Shown in pieces: positions 49,854-59,260 of a stretch of 64,000 nt of DNA (positions are counted from its first letter, which is position 1; each line of letters begins with the position of its first letter). Location: the IMG/VR virus record IMGVR_UViG_3300027896_000030; one strand, 5' to 3'. The notes beneath the pieces were generated by a model. The model was not told the DNA's origin. It searched no databases and worked only from the letters and a program-made list of their open reading frames with translations. The stretch is from an uncultured virus (IMG/VR IMGVR_UViG_3300027896_000030). Its lineage: Duplodnaviria; Heunggongvirae; Uroviricota; Caudoviricetes. Both the position numbers and the translations under genes were made by a program.

Positions 49854-50739
49854 CTATTACTTTTCTAAAGAAATTATAATATTGTTGACTTCTTTCTTTC
49901 CAACCCCAAGATTTAATTGATTCTTGCATATTGATACTTAACTCTTTATTTTTTGTTATTGCTGATTTAATTCCTTGCATCAATGAATCAACAGTAGTAT
50001 CACACAAATAACCATTAATCCCATCTTTAATTAACTCGGGCATATTGCCAACTTTACTTGATACGAGTGTGCATCCACAAGCAGCAGCTTCAATACTTGG
50101 GTTTGGAGTTCCTTCAGAACTACTTGCACAAATATAAATCGTTCCTGAATTATAAAAATCACGCATTTGATCTTGATTCATTCTATTTTTTCCATAGGAG
50201 ACAACTAATCGAAAATCGAAAGCAATATTTTCTTTTCTAAGCATCGTACTTAAAGGAACAAGAATTGAATCATAATTTTTTACTTTTCTGTGACCAATAG
50301 AGCCAATCCATAATATTTTTTGATTTCTTGTTTCAATTGGATTGGAAATATAGAATTTCTCTAAATCAACACCATTAGAAATTGTAATTGTTTTTGGGTG
50401 CTTTCCATATTTTTCCCACATTTCTAAATTATTAATAATAACATAATCTGAATCTCTAATAGCATAAGTTAACCAATCATTCGCATAGTTCCATCCAACG
50501 CTATAATAAGATACTAGAATTGTATTTTGTTTAGTAGTTTGAATAGCTTTTTTGAGTTGACCAGCATAACTAAAAGCACATTGAAGAATTAGATCATATT
50601 TTTTTTCTCGTATATCTTTATATTCCGAACTAATTGAAACATCAAAATCTTTTGATGCATATTTTTGCATTGCTTCACATTGCCAATAATATGCCCAAAA
50701 AGGAATATCAAAGAGGAGTTTAATTGTGTATCGACTCAT
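49831..50739 (-). CDS. GT4-family glycosyltransferase (paralog of the previous gene)
   Basis: NGVD...EGTPNPSIEAAACG...DGINGYL. Confidence 0.85.
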   Translation of the reverse strand: MSRYTIKLLFDIPFWAYYWQCEAMQKYASKDFDVSISSEYKDIREKKYDLILQCAFSYAGQLKKAIQTTKQNTILVSYYSVGWNYANDWLTYAIRDSDYVIINNLEMWEKYGKHPKTITISNGVDLEKFYISNPIETRNQKILWIGSIGHRKVKNYDSILVPLSTMLRKENIAFDFRLVVSYGKNRMNQDQMRDFYNSGTIYICASSSEGTPNPSIEAAACGCTLVSSKVGNMPELIKDGINGYLCDTTVDSLMQGIKSAITKNKELSINMQESIKSWGWKERSQQYYNFFRKVIDENNKSI

Positions 50740-50872
50740 TATTAATCACTTTCTAATTCATGGATTTTAATATTTATTTTTTGTTCTGTATTCTTGATTC
50801 TGTTGCGATTGTTAATTTTTATTAGTTTCTGAACAAAATAAAAAGTATTTTGGTTCTAGAGGAGTTAAAATT

Positions 50873-51610
50873 ATGTCTGATCTTAAAACGATTGAAAGTT
50901 TTGTTTCTGATTTCTATTTTTTAATTATTAGTGGAATAGTTGCTGGTGCATTGTATCTTATAAGAAAATATATAAAATTATCGATAATATCAATTATAGA
51001 AACATTATTTAAAATTAAGATATATAAAGATCAAGGAATGGATGAAAATGCTATTCATCAAGCCGCTAGAATTCAAGATATTCTTGCTGAATTAAGAATT
51101 CATGCTAATTGTGATAGAGCATATATTTTACAGTTTCATAATGGATCGGTGTTTACAGCAAAAAATCAAATGTGGAAAGTAAGTTGTACAAATGAAAGTG
51201 TTGGACAAGTAAGACCAAGAATTGCAGAAATGCAAAATATATTATCATCAGCAATTTCAGATATACTTTATCCATACTGGAGTCAGGATAATAGTAGTTT
51301 TCCAGGAATTGTAAAATTTACAAAAGCTGATTGTCCATCATGTGTTAATAATGTATGTATTAGTGGTGTATTTTTTCATGATGTTGATCATTTACAAGCA
51401 GGATTTTCTAAAGGATCGCTTTCTGCAGGAAATGTAAAATATGCATTAAGAACAGCAATCTTAGACGATAATCAAAATAAAATTGGTATACTGTGTTTAG
51501 ATTATTGTTGGCAGGATGCAAAACCAGATGAAATTAAAAAAATGCATGAACATTTATGTAAAACTGCTATGATGATATCGTATGAATTAAGAAAAAAATC
51601 TAAAAGTTAA
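50873..51610 (+). CDS. Membrane protein with GAF-like domain; possible T4 T-like holin
   Basis: Single N-terminal TM segment, LAELR....CDRAYILQFHNG; class-2 motif at 50831. Confidence 0.45.
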   Translation: MSDLKTIESFVSDFYFLIISGIVAGALYLIRKYIKLSIISIIETLFKIKIYKDQGMDENAIHQAARIQDILAELRIHANCDRAYILQFHNGSVFTAKNQMWKVSCTNESVGQVRPRIAEMQNILSSAISDILYPYWSQDNSSFPGIVKFTKADCPSCVNNVCISGVFFHDVDHLQAGFSKGSLSAGNVKYALRTAILDDNQNKIGILCLDYCWQDAKPDEIKKMHEHLCKTAMMISYELRKKSKS

Positions 51611-52674
51611 ATCTTTTCCCACTCATTAAATACTTTTTCCCAACTCTTCATCGATTCTTCAAGTCCCCATTCTGTATCTAATTTATTTTTTGCAGAAAGT
51701 CTTAGTTCTTCTTTTAGGTTTTGATTTCTTGCTAATATAGAAGATCGATTAATAAATTCTTGTGTACTATTACATAAAAATCCGGTCTTTTCATCTTCCA
51801 CCTGCAATTTCCAACCACCACGATTATTAACAACTAAAACTGCTCCAGAAGACATTGCTTCAAAACCTACACGTGGAAGATTTTCAAACGTATCTGAACT
51901 CATAATCATTACATCACAAAATTGATAAAATTCTTGTTGTGTTACTCCACCTTCTCTTAATAATTGAATGTAATTTTTGTAGTAAATAGAAGGAATATTA
52001 TTTTTGGTTTGATTAGTAATATCTTGATTTGATATATGAAATTTATCTTTTACTCGATTATCCCACCCCAATATCACGCCAGATTTTTTTACAGGAGATT
52101 CAATCTTGTCATAAATCTCCATCTGATCAATATGATATTTTGCTAAATCACATCTAGAAATTCTTCCAAATCTAAAATGTTCATACGATCTATTTTTGTG
52201 AAATGGAAATTTTGTTTGATCAAAATATGGTTTAAAGAATAATGGACGATAAGTTCCAAGATGAGCTAAATTTTTAGAAATTTTATCAAATGAATGTTGT
52301 GTTTGATAAAGATGAAAATCAATTAATCCACTATTTTGTGATTCTATTTCTTTTTTAAAGTTCCAAGTCATGCAATTTACAAAGGTGGTAGATTTTGCAT
52401 ATCGTTTAATATGTTTTAGATTAGATAAAAATTCACCATTACAAAAAGATATACAATGAAATCCAGATGTTTCATTCCATTGTCTAGGAGTAAGATATTT
52501 GCAACCATAATCTCTTTTCATATTCAGTTTATTAAGAAATGGAGTTAATGGACCAGTATGAAGTATATAGATTTTAATTCCCATTTTGGTCCAGCATTGT
52601 ATTTGATCAAGAAGTTCCGTGTCGGCACCACCGCAAAATGACGGATGTCCAATTACACAAAGTTCTTTTATCAT
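51607..52674 (-). CDS. GT4-like glycosyltransferase
   Basis: GGADTE...ENLPRVGFEAMSSG...EKTGFL. Confidence 0.8.
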   Translation of the reverse strand: MIKELCVIGHPSFCGGADTELLDQIQCWTKMGIKIYILHTGPLTPFLNKLNMKRDYGCKYLTPRQWNETSGFHCISFCNGEFLSNLKHIKRYAKSTTFVNCMTWNFKKEIESQNSGLIDFHLYQTQHSFDKISKNLAHLGTYRPLFFKPYFDQTKFPFHKNRSYEHFRFGRISRCDLAKYHIDQMEIYDKIESPVKKSGVILGWDNRVKDKFHISNQDITNQTKNNIPSIYYKNYIQLLREGGVTQQEFYQFCDVMIMSSDTFENLPRVGFEAMSSGAVLVVNNRGGWKLQVEDEKTGFLCNSTQEFINRSSILARNQNLKEELRLSAKNKLDTEWGLEESMKSWEKVFNEWEKI

Positions 52675-53417
52675 TTAATAAATTCCTTTTTAATTTTTTC
52701 TATAACTGTATTTTTATCCTTTTTCCAATCCGTTTCACTAATTCTAAAAAACCTACAATTTAACTCTTTCAAAATTCGCTCTTCTCTAATAAAATCAGCT
52801 TCACATTGTCTTGGGGATGAATGATTCGCTGTTTCATCATATTCTATAACTAGATTAAGTTCTTCTATATAAGCATCTAATATATAACCAATAACAACTT
52901 TATCTAAAATCAATTTAAATGGGCAAATCGGTTGAATATAATTATCAATTATATCAATTTCAACCAATCCTCTATTTGGAAAAGAAATTTTACTGGCAGC
53001 AAATCGTTCTTTCATTATTCTTATATTTATTTCTCTAAGTTTCTGTTTATGATTTTCACTTAATTTTTTTCCAATGTGAGATTTAGAACATTTTAATCTA
53101 GTTTCTTTTGTTGCTTTTTTTCCTTTATTCCATGGTACATGACCTTTATGAGATTCTGATAATTTTTTTCTTACTTCTGAAGAATGTGTTTTTCCTTTAA
53201 TCCAAGGAATTCTGCCTTTATGTATTTTTGAAAGTAAATCTTTTTGTTTCTGAGACATTGGTACTTTATAGTTATATGATAATTCACCTTTATTTCTGCA
53301 TATTGGACAACTTCTGGGATTATTATTTTTTATTAATGACAAACTATTTATATATTCGTGTTTACATATATCGCAAATGACGATTGCTCGTGTTGCTGAA
53401 ATGATTTCCTTAATCAT
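52671..53417 (-). CDS. Homing endonuclease-like protein (NUMOD3 + Vsr-like nuclease)
   Basis: PWIKGKTHSSEVRKKLSES; LDAYIEELNLVIEYDE. Confidence 0.75.
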   Translation of the reverse strand: MIKEIISATRAIVICDICKHEYINSLSLIKNNNPRSCPICRNKGELSYNYKVPMSQKQKDLLSKIHKGRIPWIKGKTHSSEVRKKLSESHKGHVPWNKGKKATKETRLKCSKSHIGKKLSENHKQKLREINIRIMKERFAASKISFPNRGLVEIDIIDNYIQPICPFKLILDKVVIGYILDAYIEELNLVIEYDETANHSSPRQCEADFIREERILKELNCRFFRISETDWKKDKNTVIEKIKKEFIK

Positions 53418-53548
53418 AAACTCCTTTTAAGATTGTTCTATTATTACAAATTCAGTTCTAAAAATAATATAATCTTTCTTTTTTAATAACCAATCCAAAA
53501 TTTAATTGCTAAAAAAGAAGGTCTATTTAATAAAATATTGAACATATT

Positions 53549-53848
53549 TTATATTAATTTTTTCTTTTTTTCTGACCATTTTACTACACCGCTTGTTGCA
53601 CAACCAACAGCACACCCAACAACACCTGCAATTAAAACAGATAAAAATCTTATTATGCTATGTGAATTATATGCGTCATACAAACCGTATCCCATTATAG
53701 CGCCCAAAATGACTTCCAGGCATGACCAAAAGATAAGCCATGGCGATCGGTTCAAAAGAGCCATACCTTTCTTTCCGTAGATGAACCAATCTATCCACGA
53801 AACAAGAAAGACTATGATTGTCAGCAGGAGGGGGCTCATCAGATTCAT
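53549..53848 (-). CDS. Small three-TM membrane protein
   Basis: Three hydrophobic segments and a basic C-terminus; AGGAGG RBS. Confidence 0.55.
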   Translation of the reverse strand: MNLMSPLLLTIIVFLVSWIDWFIYGKKGMALLNRSPWLIFWSCLEVILGAIMGYGLYDAYNSHSIIRFLSVLIAGVVGCAVGCATSGVVKWSEKKKKLI

Positions 53849-54171
53849 TAATAATTCCTCCTATTTTGGCTGTTACTGTTGATATACTGATTTCTTGACT
53901 AATTTTGTTTGTGTTCATTCTTATAATCTTACTTTATTATATATTGCTGGCCTATACAAATTGCAGCAAGAGTTACACTTGCTGCTGCGATTATAATAGC
54001 CAAAATTAGTGTTTTTTGTTGCTTTGTCATAATATTGATTTCTTGTTTATTTTTTGTAGACTGCTTTCATTATTGATATTACTATTATTAATATCGATAA
54101 TATAGTACAGATGGCTATGAAGAACCAATTCAATATTTTATATTTCTTTGCCATATTATTATAAATGATAG

Positions 54172-54294
54172 TTACGCAAATCCTAACCAGCGCATCACAG
54201 CACACTTCGTTAACCAGCGACCTGTCCGTAACCACCATTTAGTCTTTGGTCCTAACTTGTTATCTTTGGATATTGTGTTTGTTTCGTTACTCAT
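54172..54294 (-). CDS. Small peptide (DNKLGPKTK family)
   Basis: AAGGA RBS; MSNETNTISKDNKLGPKTKWWLRTGRW... Confidence 0.5.
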   Translation of the reverse strand: MSNETNTISKDNKLGPKTKWWLRTGRWLTKCAVMRWLGFA

Positions 54295-54314
54295 AATTTT
54301 TCCTTATTCTATTT

Positions 54315-54836
54315 TTACAAATCACTTTTACAATTCTTCATAAACTCAGAAGCATCACAACCAAGCATTTGTGAAAGAATCGGAAGCATTTCAAGTACCA
54401 TATCATTATCAGAGTCTAAAACTACAGAAGCGTCCCATAATAATTTACGAATTGAATCTTCATTAAGAAGATTGATAAATGCTGCAAGTGCATCTGGACT
54501 AATTGCTTGTAATGCTAATAGTACTTTTATTTTTGAGATTTTAAAAGGTGCAGCTTCTGCAGCAGCCCGAGCTTCCGCCTGCAACTGAATATCAGTAGCA
54601 GCTTTAGCTAAAAGATCTGCTTGATATTCTGCAGTAGCAATTTTAATTTTTTCATCGATCTCATGTCGTTCTGTTACTGTCATTGGTCGCAAACCATTGT
54701 CGTCTATAATTGCATAAGTAAGTGGTGTTCCAGAAGATAAAAATTCTGATACACCCTTTCTTGTTGCTCCTTGCGGAAGAGGGTCATCACACTGAAAAAT
54801 CTCAATACCTGTATTTAATAATCTTGCTGCCCACAT
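54315..54836 (-). CDS. Tail-fibre-assembly-like protein
   Basis: GGAGG RBS; follows fibre-like genes; KISKIK...LW motif. Confidence 0.45.
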   Translation of the reverse strand: MWAARLLNTGIEIFQCDDPLPQGATRKGVSEFLSSGTPLTYAIIDDNGLRPMTVTERHEIDEKIKIATAEYQADLLAKAATDIQLQAEARAAAEAAPFKISKIKVLLALQAISPDALAAFINLLNEDSIRKLLWDASVVLDSDNDMVLEMLPILSQMLGCDASEFMKNCKSDL

Positions 54837-54838
54837 AA

Positions 54839-56222
54839 CTAATTTCCTCCCTGACTTTTAATTGCACTATTCTTACGAAAAGAACTGTTCTGACGATACA
54901 ATGACCAGGAACTGGAACTAGAACTCCTGGCAACTAAAGTTAACAGGATTCTCTTTGTAATTGTATCCAAAGCTACACTAGTGGTAGCGCCAGACCACGG
55001 ACTACTAGAAGTGTCAACTGTCCATGTACCCAATACAGGATCAGTTCCACTATAAGACATCACCACAAAAGTACCATTAGGATTACTTAAAAATCCTCCG
55101 TTCAGTACACGCAGTGTTGTATTTGAATCAAGTGTAAGATTACCTAATACAGAAATCATATCGTTAGTAGATGCGCCAAGTTCCCAATTAATAATAGAGT
55201 TATTTAACATTACAAGATTTGTGGCAAATGTAATTGTACCAACACTAGAACCTGGGGATATAGTGCCAGCATTAGTGACCACACTATTAAAAGTACCAAC
55301 ACCTGCAAGAGTTCCATTAACATCATTTGTAACTGGGCAAAGAAGTGGTAAGCTTCCATCAATTTGAACAGTACCTTGAACAACGATAACACCGCCTGTA
55401 AACGTGTTAACATTATTAGTTATTGTAATCGTCTGCGTGGCATTAGACGCAACAAAACCATAACCAGAAATCAGACCTCCAAACGTTAAGGGGGCTGCAG
55501 TTGTATGCCTACCTACCACAGGATTTACTTCGCTGAAATAAGTTGGACCCACCCACACCAAACCGTAAGACGCGCTCGTACTCCCCCATTATACAATTGC
55601 CCAAAACACTAAGGCTGTTAGTAATTGTCTTAATCGTCGACCCGGCGTTTACAACCGAACCACTGTATATATTTATAAGACCTGTTCCAAAGGATAAGTT
55701 ATTACCTACAGTAACCTGACCACCCTGTAAATCAAACCCCCCACTAAAATCATTCGAGGTACTCAAAGCCAGGATACCGGCACCCCACTTAGATATCTTA
55801 CCGGGACCCCGTACCCAGTTAGCACACGTGACGGTGCCGCCAAGATTCGTCCAAATGTTATCGACAGAGTTGGTAATAGTGGCGTTAAACGTCACAGTAC
55901 CATTAGAAGCAACTATACCATCTACACCTATTACAATGTTTGTTCTAAGACTCGTGCTACTGTCAATTACCCAGGTACTACTATCCGTAAACTGAAAGCC
56001 GGACACAGAAACAGAAGCTTGGTCAACGAGAGGGTTAACCTTCGTACCCTTGGCATTAAACTGTGCAATATCTGCAGAAGTAGGTACACCATTAGACCAG
56101 TTGGCTGTGGTTGACCACACCCGGCTAGAAGTTGATGTCCATACACAAACTGTTGCTGTGGCTTGATTAAAACATAGCAACCCCAAAAATATTGATAACA
56201 ATATTGTTAATGTTTTATTCAT
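54839..56222 (-). CDS. Secreted autotransporter-associated beta-strand repeat protein, split by a frameshift at 55583-55587
   Basis: Signal peptide; KWGAGILALSTSNDFSGG and NTFTGGVIVVQGTV repeats; the two ORFs join if the G5 tract is G4. Confidence 0.7.
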
Positions 56223-56223
56223 A

Positions 56224-56982
56224 TTATAACCTAACATAGACTACACGAATAGTGATACTATTGGTTACGTTTCCAGGAAATGTAACACGAAACCACATAG
56301 AAGATGATCCAGTTAAATCTTGATAAAAAGGTACAGTAAATCGTTCGACATGACTATATAAAGATCCTATGCCATAGGAATTATAATTTGCACTTCCTCG
56401 GGTAACTACGTTTCCAGTAACACTAACAGCACGAACAAAACCGTTACTACCAGTCAATGCATCTTGTTGATAATACATGTCACCAATAATTATACTAGAT
56501 GCATCAGTGACTGCTGATGTGGTAGCTCCGATACCAGATGCAGAAGTAAATAATGTACTCATCAACGTACCATTTGTGGTTGGTGCTGAACTTGCAGCAG
56601 TGGCGCCAGCATCACTAAACAGCAGATTTTCTGCACGGCGATTAGAATGATCATAAACTTCATAAAGAACTGAAGCAGAGTATGGAGCAGAATTTGTTTG
56701 ATCTAAGTACAATCTAATATCATACGCATTAATTGCATTGGCAACAAAACCACTAAACTGAAAATCGGCTGTATTTGTTACTGTTACACGAATGGAATTT
56801 GTATAAAACGTCTTTATTCCTTCAACGCTATATGGTACACCTCTAGCATTAACTAAAGTATCATTCGTTCTTATATTTTCAATAAATCCTCTAGTATATT
56901 CAACTTTTGGAACAACATTGGTTGCTCCAAAAAGAAAGACCGGTACTAGAATACCAAAAATACTGATTAATAACTTATTCAT
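56224..56982 (-). CDS. Secreted beta-rich protein
   Basis: Signal peptide MNKLLISIFGILVPVFLFGA; TN-rich. Confidence 0.65.
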   Translation of the reverse strand: MNKLLISIFGILVPVFLFGATNVVPKVEYTRGFIENIRTNDTLVNARGVPYSVEGIKTFYTNSIRVTVTNTADFQFSGFVANAINAYDIRLYLDQTNSAPYSASVLYEVYDHSNRRAENLLFSDAGATAASSAPTTNGTLMSTLFTSASGIGATTSAVTDASSIIIGDMYYQQDALTGSNGFVRAVSVTGNVVTRGSANYNSYGIGSLYSHVERFTVPFYQDLTGSSSMWFRVTFPGNVTNSITIRVVYVRL

Positions 56983-57012
56983 ATTATTTCCTTCTTTAAT
57001 TGAAAAATTAAA

Positions 57013-57267
57013 TTATATATTGGTTTGTATAATTATTGTCCATACTGCTGCACCCGGAGTGGCATCAGAACATCTATATAATATTCTTGTTGCATTATCT
57101 TGGACAAAATAACCAACACCAAACTTAAATCCAGTACCTGCAGTATCAGCACTATCCCAATTAACAGTAGGAGTACCAGATAAACTGGAAATTGTTACTG
57201 GTATTGTAAGTGATGCACTTGTATACAATTCATTTATTTGGGTTGTAATATCATCTGATTGGCTCAT
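57013..57267 (-). CDS. Small tail-fibre-related protein
   Basis: YRCSDATPGAAVW motif; class-2 motif at 57297. Confidence 0.5.
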   Translation of the reverse strand: MSQSDDITTQINELYTSASLTIPVTISSLSGTPTVNWDSADTAGTGFKFGVGYFVQDNATRILYRCSDATPGAAVWTIIIQTNI

Positions 57268-57423
57268 ATCATGTACTCCTTAAATTGTAAAAACCTTTTT
57301 ATTTTGTTCTATAATAGGGTAGAGATGATAGAGGAGATATTGGATAACTTGTGATAATCATATATATTAATATGTGAGAAGTTTTTTATTTTAAGAAGAA
57401 CATATTATATAGGAGATTAGGAT

Positions 57424-59160
57424 ATGAACATGCAATGTATGATATGTAACAGAGAGTTTGAGATTGGTCGTTTACAAATACATTTATCTAAAATTCATAA
57501 AATAAATTTAGAAGAGTATTATATCAAATATATAGATTCATCTGTTTCTAAAATATGTCCGGTGTGTGGAAATCTAAAAAAGTTTATTGGGTTCAAAAAT
57601 GGATATAGTATAACCTGTGGCAAAAAAACATGTAGATCAGTATATATAAATGTAATGTATAAAGATAATCAAAGAGCTGGTTGTATAAAAAGAAACAAAA
57701 AATGGAAAGAAGAAATCATAGATGGTAAAACAAAACAGCAATTAATTATTGAATCTGGTTCAGAATTGAGAAAACTTAAACAAGAAGAAACATCTATTAA
57801 GATTTCTAATGCGCTGAAAGAAAAAGATTCAGATGGTCATACTTGTGTTGCTAGAAGTTTTATAAAAAAATATGGCGAAGAAATAACTAATCCAATGCAT
57901 CTTTCAGAAAATGTTTTGAAAATAAGAAAAACATTTCAAGAGCGTTATGGTGTTGATTGGATTACACAATCAAAAGATGTAAAAGAAACAATTAGAAATT
58001 CTGTATTTAATAAGTATGGTGTTTTCAATTATGCTCAGAGTCAAGAAGCAAAAGATAATATGGCTGTTCGTTATAAAGATATTACAATCATAAAAATTTT
58101 AAAATATTTCGAATCAAATAATTTATCTGTTATAGGTGATATCCAAGATATTTATCGAAATGAGAAAACTTCATTGAAGTACAAATGTAATATATGTAAT
58201 ACAGAATATGAAAAATGTTGGAATGATATTCAATCATGGTGGATATGCAGAAGATGTAATCCATATTCAAATTCAAGTTATGAAATTGAATTAGAAACTT
58301 ATCTTTCACAATACAACATTCCTTTTCTCAGAAGACAAAATATCATTAAAAATCCTATTAGTGGACGAATGTTAGAATTAGATTTTTATTTTTCTGATCT
58401 GAATATTGCTATAGAATTTGATGGATTATATTGGCATTGTAATGAAAATCAACTAAATGATAATTATCATTTAATGAAAACAGAACTTTGCGAAAAACAA
58501 GGAATTAGACTTATTCATATTTTTGAAGATGAGTGGATACTAAAAAAAAATGTTGTTCTTTCTAGAATTTCTAATCTGTTACATCTACCAAACTTAAAGA
58601 AAATTCATGCAAGAAAATGCATAGTGAAAATTATAGATTTTTCAACAAAAAAGAAATTTCTAATAGAAAATCATATTCAAGGAAACGATGTAGCGTGTAT
58701 TAATCTTGGTTTATTTCATGAAAATAAGTTAGTATCAGTAATGACATTTTCAAAAGGAAGTATAGCTAAAGGTCATATTCAAAAAGATGGGTGTTATGAA
58801 TTATCTAGATTTTCTAATCTATGTTTTCATACTATTCCGGGCGCAGCATCTAAACTACTATCATATTTTAAGAAAAATTATTCTTGGAAAGAAATATTTT
58901 CATATGCTGATAGACGATGGAGTAGTGGCAATGTATATCATAAGTTAGAATTTAAACTTGATTCTGTTAGTATTCCAAATTATTGGTATATGAATAAATT
59001 GAATATGTTAAAACGAATTCATAGATTTGTGTTTAGAAAATCAATGGTAATAAAAATCGACGGTTATAATGATCAATTAAATATTCAAGATAATATGAAG
59101 AATATGGGATATTGTTGGATATATGACTGTGGAAATTATAAATTCGTTATGATCAAATAA
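57424..59160 (+). CDS. Hef-like homing endonuclease (zinc ribbons, DUF559-like nuclease, C-terminal GNAT-like domain)
   Basis: ELDFY...AIEFDGLYWH...LIHIFEDEW; YELSRF...GAASKLL...SYADRRWS. Confidence 0.7.
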   Translation: MNMQCMICNREFEIGRLQIHLSKIHKINLEEYYIKYIDSSVSKICPVCGNLKKFIGFKNGYSITCGKKTCRSVYINVMYKDNQRAGCIKRNKKWKEEIIDGKTKQQLIIESGSELRKLKQEETSIKISNALKEKDSDGHTCVARSFIKKYGEEITNPMHLSENVLKIRKTFQERYGVDWITQSKDVKETIRNSVFNKYGVFNYAQSQEAKDNMAVRYKDITIIKILKYFESNNLSVIGDIQDIYRNEKTSLKYKCNICNTEYEKCWNDIQSWWICRRCNPYSNSSYEIELETYLSQYNIPFLRRQNIIKNPISGRMLELDFYFSDLNIAIEFDGLYWHCNENQLNDNYHLMKTELCEKQGIRLIHIFEDEWILKKNVVLSRISNLLHLPNLKKIHARKCIVKIIDFSTKKKFLIENHIQGNDVACINLGLFHENKLVSVMTFSKGSIAKGHIQKDGCYELSRFSNLCFHTIPGAASKLLSYFKKNYSWKEIFSYADRRWSSGNVYHKLEFKLDSVSIPNYWYMNKLNMLKRIHRFVFRKSMVIKIDGYNDQLNIQDNMKNMGYCWIYDCGNYKFVMIK

Positions 59161-59260
59161 AACGAGAGGGAATTTCCCTCCTAGAATTTTCATTCTAGGA
59201 GGGAAACCGAAACTGTTCTAACACCCAATCATCTGGGGGTTGAACTTATGCGATTTTAAA

